64,000 nt of DNA, taken from contig JAKLKB010000043.1 of the NCBI GenBank assembly GCA_023150835.1, forward strand, positions 1-64,000. The letters run 5' to 3'. Below, piece by piece: positions 46,701-54,817 of this stretch. A program made the position numbers and the translations under genes. Source of the DNA: Myxococcota bacterium. GTDB lineage: Bacteria; Myxococcota_C; UBA6777. The notes beneath the pieces were generated by a model. That model made no database searches and had not been told where the DNA came from. It saw nothing but the letters and a program-made list of their open reading frames with translations. The stretch's first letter is position 1; each line of letters begins with the position of its first letter.

Positions 46701-49424
46701 AAAGGCAAAGCGTTCGGAGGCGACGCGGGCGACTTGTTCGAGGGTAGCGCGCAGATCGTCGTGTGGGCCGTCCCATTGTGCGCCTGCGGAGTAAAGGTCG
46801 ATGGCAAGGCGCAAAAGCGAGGAACACAAGCGATGCCGCAAGGCGCTGTGGGTGTGTGCGATGGCAAGACGCCAGAGGGCTTCGCGCAAGGCTTCGGAGG
46901 GTTCGAGCTGATGCACGCCATACCAGCGCAGGGCGCGCTGTAGCAAGGGCCGAAAGATCTCTTGTGCGCCTTGTGGGCCTTCGTGGTGACGGCGGCAATA
47001 GTCGTAGAAGTCGAGTTCTGCGCTCAAGGCAGCGGCTTCGTGGGCGAGCGGAAGCAGGTTGCGATCAAACAACGACTCGCTCTCTGCAAAAGCCGCCAAC
47101 AAGCGCAGCAACGGAAGCCAGCGCGTAGGAAAATGCAAGCCACCAAAGTCCACATCATCGCGCAGCAAGCGTTCAAGCGACTGCGCGTACATCGGTGGGA
47201 CATCAAAGCCCAACATCACCGACTCGGCAAGATGCGTCAAAGAGTCCATCACCTCGGCAGCCTCGACCTCGCCCAAGGCATCAAGGTAAGAAGGATCAGG
47301 GAAGCCATCGGCATCAAAGAGCGCTTGCCAAGGTTGTCTCGGCGGGATCATCCATCCTGCCCCGCTGTGGCTTGGTGCGGAGACGACGGCTTCTTGTGCG
47401 GAAGGTTCGATCACCAGAAGCGACTGCCCAGCATGGACTTGTTGGTTAGGTCGGCAGAGGATAGAGCGCACGACGCCCGATTCTTGGGCATAAACGGGCA
47501 TCTCCATTTTCATAGCTTCCAAGATGCACAACAGATCGCCAACTTGGACGTTCTGGCCTTCTTCGACAGCGATATGCACGACGAGCGCGGGCGAAGGGGC
47601 TTTGACCGTACCGCTTTGCAAGCGCTCCATCGCGTGCATGTGTCCGTCGACTTCGACCATCATCCCGGAACGACCGTTGGCGTACAACACATCGTGACTG
47701 GCATCGCCAACGTACAAGATCGATGTGTGCGGTCCAGTCTCTTCGATCTTGACCGACCACAGGGCATCTTGGCTCATCCCGACCAAGTATCGTCCCTGTC
47801 CCAGAGCATAGACATCCAAGGTATAGGACTTTCCGCGCAGGCGAAGACCGATGCTACGCCCCAAAGGTTCGGGGAGCTTTTGCGGGATGCCGTTTTGAAC
47901 CTGTGCGAAAAACATCTGTTCTTGGGCGTATTCTTGGACTTTGAACTCGATCACAGCCCCGACGATCAGGGCTTCGAGGGCGTGAGCGGGGGTGGCGATG
48001 GTTCCGCCTTGTGCCATGACGCGATCCAACCAGCCTGTATCGGCGCTTGCTTCGATCACTTGGGGGTGTTGCAAGAGTGCCAGTAAAAAGGCTTTGTTGG
48101 TGGCTCCGTCTTCGACGACGATCTGCATCTCCGCCAATGCCCGAAGCAATCGGGCTCGTGCTTGTTCGCGGGTTTGGCCCCATGCCATGACTTTCGCGAT
48201 CATCGAATCAAAAGCCGCAGGGATGGTCATGCCTTCTCGGATACCGCTATCGACGCGAACGCCCGGACCTGCGGGCGGTTGAAACAAGCGCACGCGGCCC
48301 GGACTAGGCAAAAAGCCGCGTTCGGGATCTTCGGCATTGAGACGGACTTCGATGGCGTGCCCGCGCCCCCCTGCGATCGGGCGTTCCCACGCCAACCCGC
48401 GTGCGATATCGATCTGCGCCTTCACCAGATCGCAACCTGCGACCAGTTCGGTGATCGTGTGTTCGACTTGGAGGCGCGAGTTGACTTCCAAAAAGGAGGC
48501 GATCTGTGTGGTGGGGTTGTACAAAAACTCTGCCGTCCCAACGCCCCGATAGCCCGCCATCTTGGCGAGCCGACAAGAGGACTCGCACAACAAAGACTCG
48601 ATCTCAGGCGGCAAGATCGGGCAAGGAGATTCTTCGATGATCTTTTGGTGGCGGCGTTGGATGCTACAATCGCGCACCCCCAAGGCCACCACATCGCCCG
48701 CAGCATCGGCCACAAGCTGCACCTCGACATGCCGCGCCCCTTCGACACACGCTTCAAAAAACACCCCTCCTGCCCCAAAAGATCGCGCAGCTTCTTGTTG
48801 GACCGCACGCAAGGCCCCCAGCAGATCCGCCACCCGATCCACCCGCCGGATTCCTCGACCTCCCCCCCCCGCCGAAGCCTTGACCATCAACGGAAACCCC
48901 ACACTTTCCGCCATCTCCAACGACTTCGATTCGGACTGCCCCTCTTCGATCAGGCACCACGCAGCCAGCGGAACCTCGCAAGCCTCGGCCAGTCGCTTCG
49001 CTTCGATCTTGTCCCCAAGCCGCACCATCGCCTCCGAAGACGGACCCAAAAACAAGATCCCTGCTCGCTCTAATTTTTCCACAAATGCCGCATCTTCGGA
49101 AACGAAGCCCCATCCCGGCCACACCGCATCGCAGCCCGTGTCTCGCAAGATCCCCATGATCCGATCATGGGCGCAATACACACTCTTCATCCCACCCAAA
49201 CCATCCGAAACCAAGGGATGACCCAAAGCCACCGTATGATCGGCCAAACGCACAAAGGGAGCTTCTTGATCGGGTTCGGTGTACAACGCGACCACTTCGA
49301 TCTGTGTACGGCGCTCGATATTGTACTCCCGCAAGGCGCGCAAAAACCGCATCGCGGCTTCCCCGCGATTTAATAACGCGATGCGTTTGATCTCCAACAG
49401 ACTCGGTGGCTTCTCGGCTTTCAT
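43782..49424 (-). CDS. Single-chain biotin-dependent acyl-CoA carboxylase (biotin carboxylase + biotin carrier + carboxyltransferase)
   Basis: NRGEAA, PGWGFVSE, KASAGGGGRGIR, RDCSIQRRHQK, EVNSRLQVEH, EAMKME biotin site, ANLSGFDGSPES. Confidence 0.95.
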   Translation of the reverse strand: MKAEKPPSLLEIKRIALLNRGEAAMRFLRALREYNIERRTQIEVVALYTEPDQEAPFVRLADHTVALGHPLVSDGLGGMKSVYCAHDRIMGILRDTGCDAVWPGWGFVSEDAAFVEKLERAGILFLGPSSEAMVRLGDKIEAKRLAEACEVPLAAWCLIEEGQSESKSLEMAESVGFPLMVKASAGGGGRGIRRVDRVADLLGALRAVQQEAARSFGAGGVFFEACVEGARHVEVQLVADAAGDVVALGVRDCSIQRRHQKIIEESPCPILPPEIESLLCESSCRLAKMAGYRGVGTAEFLYNPTTQIASFLEVNSRLQVEHTITELVAGCDLVKAQIDIARGLAWERPIAGGRGHAIEVRLNAEDPERGFLPSPGRVRLFQPPAGPGVRVDSGIREGMTIPAAFDSMIAKVMAWGQTREQARARLLRALAEMQIVVEDGATNKAFLLALLQHPQVIEASADTGWLDRVMAQGGTIATPAHALEALIVGAVIEFKVQEYAQEQMFFAQVQNGIPQKLPEPLGRSIGLRLRGKSYTLDVYALGQGRYLVGMSQDALWSVKIEETGPHTSILYVGDASHDVLYANGRSGMMVEVDGHMHAMERLQSGTVKAPSPALVVHIAVEEGQNVQVGDLLCILEAMKMEMPVYAQESGVVRSILCRPNQQVHAGQSLLVIEPSAQEAVVSAPSHSGAGWMIPPRQPWQALFDADGFPDPSYLDALGEVEAAEVMDSLTHLAESVMLGFDVPPMYAQSLERLLRDDVDFGGLHFPTRWLPLLRLLAAFAESESLFDRNLLPLAHEAAALSAELDFYDYCRRHHEGPQGAQEIFRPLLQRALRWYGVHQLEPSEALREALWRLAIAHTHSALRHRLCSSLLRLAIDLYSAGAQWDGPHDDLRATLEQVARVASERFAFVADNARQALYVLFERSQYVQRRQEIEAHLDTLFSRLRACSKGSHDEEDLSRALFASRASLFPSLLQRSIGQDELLPRLIPLLLGRLYLEQRIEVKQIQHLGPVGVARVEIAPHHERSQLGVIVCTPETLATALSAWKEYHPSLATVPLSMVEILIVGRITHGQWGNEAEALLGDAKLEQTGVLQWNLNWCDGLERVRHRTYRLHEERITEDPLLRDIHPEAASRLELWRLQEFTLERLEAPEKIYAFRATAKANPQDVRIFVLGEVRNLPSELPEDPHDEHLWEFEQIYFEALRVIREIQSRQDVRRRLHWNRILLYVRPVVRFSARDLARLSHRFEASTRGLGIEKVVIRARWADVEGEVRTRVFVIHKPGRHRLEVKEYPPSWLPIRAMKPYEIKVVSARRLGAIYPYETIRMLQGETATASAPHPDMKHGRFVEYDLDASRSRLLPVHRPYGENRSGVVVGVISHETDRYPEGMRRVWIASDPTMAMGALAEPECRRVIAALDLADELGVSVEWLPISAGARIAMDSGTENLDWTAKVLRRIVHFTQAGGHIHIIVAGVNVGAQSYWNAEATMLMHARGVLIMLPDSSMVLTGKKALEYSGGVAAEDERGIGGFERIMGPNGQAQYFAADLGEAYALLFRFYRYGYRMRNEPQIRLLPTLDPAERSIMQMPYQGSAADGFVTVGEIFQEHTNPGRKKPFAIRAVMSAVIDQDNGFLERYRNMRHADTSVVWDASIGGFPVCLVGFESRPLPRRGRIPLDGPDTWTGGTLFPQSSKKVASAINAASANRPVVVLANLSGFDGSPESLRKLQLEMGAEIGRAVVNFEGPLVFVVIGRYHGGAYVVFSKSLNPRMTALALEGTYASVIGGAPAAAVVFPHEVRKRAEADARVAAARKQLQLAPEERKPRLREELDRIIEEVLLEKQGDVAREFDQVHSVERAVRVGSLDQVIAPALLRPAVISILQRESLQP

Positions 49425-49625
49425 CGCACACTCTCCATAGGGATGGTGGGGCGGTTGGTTTGGTATGAAGTACGTTGCAGCGATCTCCATCAAGACTCGT
49501 CTGCGATCAAGCCCCCAAAACATGATGCCGCGCTTCCCATACGCGAAAGTCTGATCAGAATCAAGGCGACAACCTCGCCCCGCACCCCTTTGCGCGTCCC
49601 CAAAAACACTTGCAACCGACTGATG

Positions 49626-49751
49626 AGTCGGTTTTGAATTATATCGGGCTGTTGTACACGACGCGCTCGCGGCTCATCTACATCGCGATCAGTCGGTTTT
49701 GAATTATATCGAGCTGTTGTACACGACGTGTTCGCGGCCCATCTGCATCGC
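49626..49751. repeat. 65-bp-period tandem duplication of the rhodanese gene 3' end
   Basis: AGTCGGTTTTGAATTATATCG(G/A)GCTGTTGTACACGACG at 49626 and 49691, extending about 23 bp further with mismatches. Confidence 0.85.
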
Positions 49752-50027
49752 AGCCAACGTTCCGCCTTCGATATTGACGCCTTCTGGATAGCCTTCAGCT
49801 TCGAGCTGCATACAAGCCAAGGCGCTCCGACGGCCAGAACGGCAGATATAAGCAATCGGCCGCCCGTCGGGTTCAAAGCGCACACCACGTTCAAGATCGG
49901 TCAAGGGTAGGTTTTCAGCGCCCTTGACATGGACTTCTTCGAATTCATCGGACTCACGCACATCAATCAATCGATAATTTTGCTGTTCACGGATCTGCGC
50001 AAACTCAACGTAATGAAGTGATCTCAT
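49704..50027 (-). CDS. Rhodanese-like sulfurtransferase
   Basis: LIDVRE..EF...HVKGA, CRSGRRS active-site loop, NIEGG; AAGGAGG RBS. Confidence 0.92.
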   Translation of the reverse strand: MRSLHYVEFAQIREQQNYRLIDVRESDEFEEVHVKGAENLPLTDLERGVRFEPDGRPIAYICRSGRRSALACMQLEAEGYPEGVNIEGGTLAAMQMGREHVVYNSSI

Positions 50028-50065
50028 CGAAACCTCCTTGTTTTGTTATAGGACGGATACCGTTG

Positions 50066-50152
50066 GCCAAAAAAGCCGTGTTTGCGGCACTTGGAGCGAC
50101 AGGGCTGTTTGTGTCAAAAAGGCCTGTGAACCTCGGCGGGTCGGGGTCGAGG
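50066..50152 (-). repeat. Family A repeat, copy 10 (5' hairpins missing, replaced by a family B element)
   Basis: CGACCCCGA...TTTTTGACAC...GCAAACACGGCTTTTTTGG. Confidence 0.65.
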
Positions 50153-50154
50153 AC

Positions 50155-50262
50155 TCATACGATATCTGAGATCATAGGAGAGTGCGTAGACGCCCTGTGT
50201 TGGGCAGCCACAGGGGGCTGCCCCTACCTCTTTACGATCAGACCACGGGCGGCTCGCGTATA
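50155..50262 (-). mobile_element. Family B element
   Basis: TCATACGATATCTG end; GGGCAGCCACAGGGGGCTGCCCCTAC; other end degenerate. Confidence 0.7.
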
Positions 50263-50513
50263 AGGCTCTATGGCGTGGGTCAGAGTCCCATGCTTCTGCT
50301 TGAGATGCGGCAAAGGAGCAAATGATGCAAGACCTGCTTGGAGTGGGCTGCAAGTCAGTATCGCTTGATTTTTGTAACTTTGGTGCTTGAGCAGCAAGGT
50401 TCTTCGGGTGCGAAAGTTGAAGAAACTTAGTGATACTTACTTAGACGAGCAGACTTGGAAAGAAGGGGGTGTTGTGTTAGACAGGGGCGGCGGAAGAGAG
50501 GAGAGCAAGACGG

Positions 50514-51170
50514 ATGGAGCAGAGAGAACCAGCGCAAAGCACCCCGCAAGAAGGGAAGCGAGCACAAACACGGCGAAAACGGATCGAAGCTTTACAAGAA
50601 GCGGGATTGTCGTTGTTTTTGAGCAAAGGTATCGAAAGCGTGACGATCGACGATATCGTGCAGGGAGCGGGGGTCGCAAAAGGCAGCTTTTACCGCTATT
50701 TTCGGGACAAAGGGGATCTCGTCGAATCGCTGTTTGTGGATCTGGTGCGCCAGATGGAAGCGGTGTTCGATGCGTGCGAAGCGCATTTGGAGGCGGCCCG
50801 TTCGCCCGAGGCGTTGCGAGAGAGCTATGCGACGCTTGCGGGGGCGTTGGGACCGATGTTGTTGGAGCAGGCGGGTCGGGTGTTGCTGTATTTGCAAGAG
50901 AGCCGAGCGCCAGCGGTGGGGGCGAGAGAGAGCATCCATCGTCTGACAGCGTTGTTGAGCGAACGTGCGCTGCGCTTGACACGAGCGGCCCATGCCCAAG
51001 GCTTGATGCGGCCTTTTCCGCACAAGATCAGTGCGTATGCAACGCTGGGGGCGATCGAGCGGCTGTTGTTTGCGTTTTTGAGCGGAGAGGATCTGGGGGA
51101 TTTGTTGCAGTTGCCGGGGGATCTGACGAGCTTGCTGTTGGATGGGTTGCGGATGCGCGTGTCCGTATGA
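50514..51170 (+). CDS. TetR/AcrR family transcriptional regulator
   Basis: AGLSLFLSKGIESVTIDDIVQGAGVAKGSFYRYFRDK helix-turn-helix. Confidence 0.95.
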   Translation: MEQREPAQSTPQEGKRAQTRRKRIEALQEAGLSLFLSKGIESVTIDDIVQGAGVAKGSFYRYFRDKGDLVESLFVDLVRQMEAVFDACEAHLEAARSPEALRESYATLAGALGPMLLEQAGRVLLYLQESRAPAVGARESIHRLTALLSERALRLTRAAHAQGLMRPFPHKISAYATLGAIERLLFAFLSGEDLGDLLQLPGDLTSLLLDGLRMRVSV

Positions 51171-51177
51171 TCTGGTT

Positions 51178-52518
51178 TTAGATCTCGTCCATCCAAGGCC
51201 AGCGGGGCATCGGATCGCGTTGAAAAGCAAGGCTCCCAGCGATGTAGGTCGCGGCGATCATCTCGTCCTCAGCGACGGTCATGGCGCGAAATAGGCGCTG
51301 ATCGAGGGGTGCTTGTGCGCTATGTTCGAGTGATCCGAGATAGGTGTGAGGCCGGGGGTGAAGAACCACCAGATCCGCCCATGCCCCCGAACCGATCCAT
51401 CCCATCTCGTCCTGCATGCCCATGACACGGGCTCCATCGCGGGTCATAGCGCGCAACAAGGCTTCGCCATCCAAAGGCAAGCGTTCGGTTTCTGCGAGGC
51501 GCATCTGTGTCAAAAAGGCATGGCCGGCCTCACGCCACATCGAAAAAGAGACCCCCGCAGCCACGTCCGTGGCAAGGCCGACATGGACCCCTGCTTGTTG
51601 ATGGCGTCGGTATGGGAAGACACCACTGCCCAAAAAGGCGTTGGAGCTTGGGCAATGGGCGACGTGAGCGCCGTGATCAGCCAAGCAGCGCAGTTCGTCG
51701 TCGTTGCTGTAGACAGAATGCGCAAGGACGGTGCGAGGTGTGAGTAAGCCATAGCGTGCGAAGATCCCGATGGGATGGGGAGCATCCGTCACACCTTGCA
51801 TGGTTCGTTCGACTTCCATCCGCGTTTCGTTGACGTGGCTTTGTACGAACAGATCGGGCTGTTCGCGCAAGATCGCACCGCAGCGGTCGAGCATCTGGCG
51901 GGAGCATGACGGCACAAAACGCGGAGACAACGTATAACGCAAGCGATCTCGATTGTGCCACAGCGCGATCTGCTGTTCGACGCTTTTCCAAAGCACAGCG
52001 TCCTCTTGCAACAATCCTGACGGAGAGTCCGTATCTTGTAAGGTTTCCCCCAAACAAAGCGCCATCCCCAATTGGAGCGCCAGATCAAAGAGATGCGCGT
52101 TGGCATACGCAAACTGCGATCCAAAGACAACAGCGCTGGTGGTGCCTTGGCGAAGCATCTGGCGCACAAAAACCCGCGCCACTTCTTCGGCAAAGACAGG
52201 CTCGCGCAACAAGGCTTCTTCGGGCCAGATATGACCCGACAACCACGCAAACAACTCGACAGCGGAGGTTCCCACCATCCGCGTTTGTGGGTAATGGATG
52301 TGTGTGTCCACCAGACCCGGCAAGATCATCGCGCTGTGTGGCAGGCGTTGAAAGATGGCTTGGGGATAGTGTTGTGTGGCTTGTTCTTGCGGCAAGACGT
52401 CCACGATCCGCCCCGTCGACTCATCCCAAACGACGGCGCTTTCCGTACGAGAACGCAGACGCCCCTTGTCATCGATATCCACAAGATGCCCACACAAACC
52501 ACGCATTTGCTCTGTCAT
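51178..52518 (-). CDS. guaD: Guanine deaminase (amidohydrolase family)
   Basis: PGLVDTHIHYPQ, SPRFVPSCS, QSHVNE, HCPSSNAFLGSG, GLATDVAAG. Confidence 0.85.
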   Translation of the reverse strand: MTEQMRGLCGHLVDIDDKGRLRSRTESAVVWDESTGRIVDVLPQEQATQHYPQAIFQRLPHSAMILPGLVDTHIHYPQTRMVGTSAVELFAWLSGHIWPEEALLREPVFAEEVARVFVRQMLRQGTTSAVVFGSQFAYANAHLFDLALQLGMALCLGETLQDTDSPSGLLQEDAVLWKSVEQQIALWHNRDRLRYTLSPRFVPSCSRQMLDRCGAILREQPDLFVQSHVNETRMEVERTMQGVTDAPHPIGIFARYGLLTPRTVLAHSVYSNDDELRCLADHGAHVAHCPSSNAFLGSGVFPYRRHQQAGVHVGLATDVAAGVSFSMWREAGHAFLTQMRLAETERLPLDGEALLRAMTRDGARVMGMQDEMGWIGSGAWADLVVLHPRPHTYLGSLEHSAQAPLDQRLFRAMTVAEDEMIAATYIAGSLAFQRDPMPRWPWMDEI

Positions 52519-52624
52519 CAACCAACCTCCCAAACCAACAAAGAGCGCCGCCCCCTACTGCAATCGACGGGCCGCTCCTTGCGAACGCTGTTTTTTTGTG
52601 AGACACCGCCAAGAACAGAGGCCG

Positions 52625-52713
52625 CACGATTTGCTGTAGCAGCCCTGTTTTTGGGCAGCCACACCTGTCTGCCCCGACCTCTTTCGACCGCGCAATGGAC
52701 GGATCTCGTATGA
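52625..52713 (-). mobile_element. Family B element, degenerate
   Basis: GCCCTGTTTTTGGGCAGCCAC...TGCCCC and intact CGGATCTCGTATGA end. Confidence 0.6.
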
Positions 52714-52820
52714 GCCGATGGAGCCGAACACCTCCCGAACCTTTCGAGGCGGGGGAAGCAAGCCCCTTCGCATCGTTTGAAACTCACAGAGCAGATCGCC
52801 TGCTCCGAAACGTACAGCGC

Positions 52821-53669
52821 ATGAAACAAACTGCATTTCAAGACTCGCCTACGCTGCGAAACATACCGTCCATCGGTGTTTTTCGCGCACAACCTTCCCG
52901 TCAAAGAAGGTCGCCTCTCTTCCAACACAAGCGACTGCGTTGGCTGTGTGTTTTGGCTTGTTTTGTGTGGGGGTGTCAACCCTCTTGGAAACTGCGCAAG
53001 ACGGCTCCTGAGGGCGTCTTTTCACCGCAAAGCCGATTCCAACTGGACGCGCTACGTTATAGCCCATCGCTTCGGATCGACGATATCCCTGCGGGGGACT
53101 TCTTTCGAAAACAGCGCAAGTTTCGCCGCGATCGTTGGCGGATCTTGGTGCGTTGGCTCAACTACGACTTCCAACGCGCTCTACTTCAACACAGCAAGAT
53201 GCCGATCTCACCGCTTCCACTTCCTCCCGAAGCGCATCCGCCCTCTTCTGCTACGCAGACACCCCCTCACCCATTTTCATCCAAAACACCGATGCTTCCG
53301 CCTACTTCGTCGGTGCGCCCAACGTCGCACGCACAAGCAGCGGTCACCACAGCCTCTGCCTCGCCCTCGTCCGCAGCGGTCACCTCGGCCTCTGCGCCTG
53401 CCCTGCTCTTGCGCCCTGTGGTGACGGCTTTTCGCCTCGGCCAGACCCATATCCAACTGTCCCTTCCAAGCCAGATCACGCTCCGCCTCCAAGTCCTCCA
53501 ACACAACCGCGTGATCGAAGAAGCCGAGTTCAAGCATCAAAGCTCCGCAGAAATTATTGTGAACCCCGAAGTGCGCTTGCGTAAAGATGCGTACGGACTA
53601 GGGAAACTGATCGCAAGCTACCTTGATCGGCGTATGCGCGGGCTGGGTCCCCCCGATGACGAGACTTGA
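52821..53669 (+). CDS. Hypothetical lipoprotein
   Basis: Hydrophobic segment ending FVWGC; Pro/Ser/Ala-rich insert; start uncertain (52695-52821 or later). Confidence 0.55.
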   Translation: MKQTAFQDSPTLRNIPSIGVFRAQPSRQRRSPLFQHKRLRWLCVLACFVWGCQPSWKLRKTAPEGVFSPQSRFQLDALRYSPSLRIDDIPAGDFFRKQRKFRRDRWRILVRWLNYDFQRALLQHSKMPISPLPLPPEAHPPSSATQTPPHPFSSKTPMLPPTSSVRPTSHAQAAVTTASASPSSAAVTSASAPALLLRPVVTAFRLGQTHIQLSLPSQITLRLQVLQHNRVIEEAEFKHQSSAEIIVNPEVRLRKDAYGLGKLIASYLDRRMRGLGPPDDET

Positions 53670-53796
53670 CGCGAACGCAGATCTAGGCGTTTCATGGAAA
53701 AAGCATCAAAAGATCGCAGCCCTGTCATCAGATCGTCACACCCCCACACGATATCTCGCTGCGTTTGTATCTTGTGCAACAAAGGAGCGTTCACGC

Positions 53797-54342
53797 ATGG
53801 CTCACCCCCCTCCCCCCCAAAGCATCGGTCTGTGGCAACGTGTTGTGTTGATGGATCGTGCGATCTTACGGCGTGTTCGCACATGGGAGCGCGATTGGGT
53901 CACTCCGTTGATGCGCCTTGCAACCCGCGCAGGCGACGCCTCCAGTTGGATCCTCCTCACGCTGCTGATCTTTGCGATGGGCGAAAACATGCGCCATTAC
54001 TTTTGGTTGTTGACCTACGCCACACTCTGTTCGACCTGCATCGCACACGCACTCAAACGGATCTTCCGCCGCAAACGCCCTTGCCTTGAGCACATCGGCG
54101 TCGAAGCATTGGTCGTCTACCCTGACCAATACTCCTTTCCCTCAGGTCACACCACCACCGCTTTTGCCGTCGCTGCGATCCTCCTTCACGAAGGCTCGTA
54201 CCTTGGCGCAGGCAGCACCATCGCCGCCCTTTGGATCGCCTCTTCGCGGATCTATCTCGGAGCCCACTATCCCCTCGATGTCTTTCTCGGCGCGGCCATC
54301 GGCTCCACCGTCGGTCTGACCCTCCGCATCCTTTTCTTTTAA
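53797..54342 (+). CDS. PAP2 family membrane phosphatase
   Basis: K-x6-RP, SFPSGH, SRIYLGAHYPLD; AAGGAG RBS. Confidence 0.92.
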   Translation: MAHPPPPQSIGLWQRVVLMDRAILRRVRTWERDWVTPLMRLATRAGDASSWILLTLLIFAMGENMRHYFWLLTYATLCSTCIAHALKRIFRRKRPCLEHIGVEALVVYPDQYSFPSGHTTTAFAVAAILLHEGSYLGAGSTIAALWIASSRIYLGAHYPLDVFLGAAIGSTVGLTLRILFF

Positions 54343-54443
54343 TTTTGCTCGTATCGCCCCTTCCTTCCGCCCTCTCTCAAAACAAACTCGTCAGTCGGTT
54401 TTTTACAAAGAAGGTTTCTGCGATCGGTGTTTGTGGGGTATTA

Positions 54444-54651
54444 CCCCCCCACAAGATCGATGCGATCTGTTGTAGACGCCCTGTTTTTGGGCAGCCACGG
54501 GGGGCTGCCCCTACGTTTTGCGCACACACTACAGGCGGATTTCGTATTCCCCCCCCACAAACACCGATGCGATCTGTTGTAGACGCCCTGTTTTTGGGCA
54601 GCCACGGGGGGCTGCCCCTACGTTTTGCGCACACACTCTACGGATTTCGTA
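54444..54651 (-). mobile_element. Family B element, two tandem ~105-bp units
   Basis: CGATGCGATCTGTTGTAGACGCCCTGTTTTTGGGCAGCCACGGGGGGCTGCCCCTACG...CGGATTTCGTA twice. Confidence 0.8.
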
Positions 54652-54662
54652 CGACGTAGTGG

Positions 54663-54789
54663 CCCAAAAAAGCCGTGTTCGCGACGCTTCAAGCGAGAGA
54701 GCCGTCTGTGTGAAAAGCTTGCGATCTTTTCGCCGATACGGGGTCAAGGGGGCCGCGCTAAGGGTGTGGGGTGTGGGGTGAAACCCCAC
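54663..54789 (-). repeat. Family A repeat, copy 11
   Basis: GTGGGGTTTCACCCCAC, CCCTTGACCCCG, CGCTTGAA, GCGAACACGGCTTTTTTGG. Confidence 0.9.
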
Positions 54790-54817
54790 CAAACCATTCA
54801 ACTGCGGAAGTCCTGCC

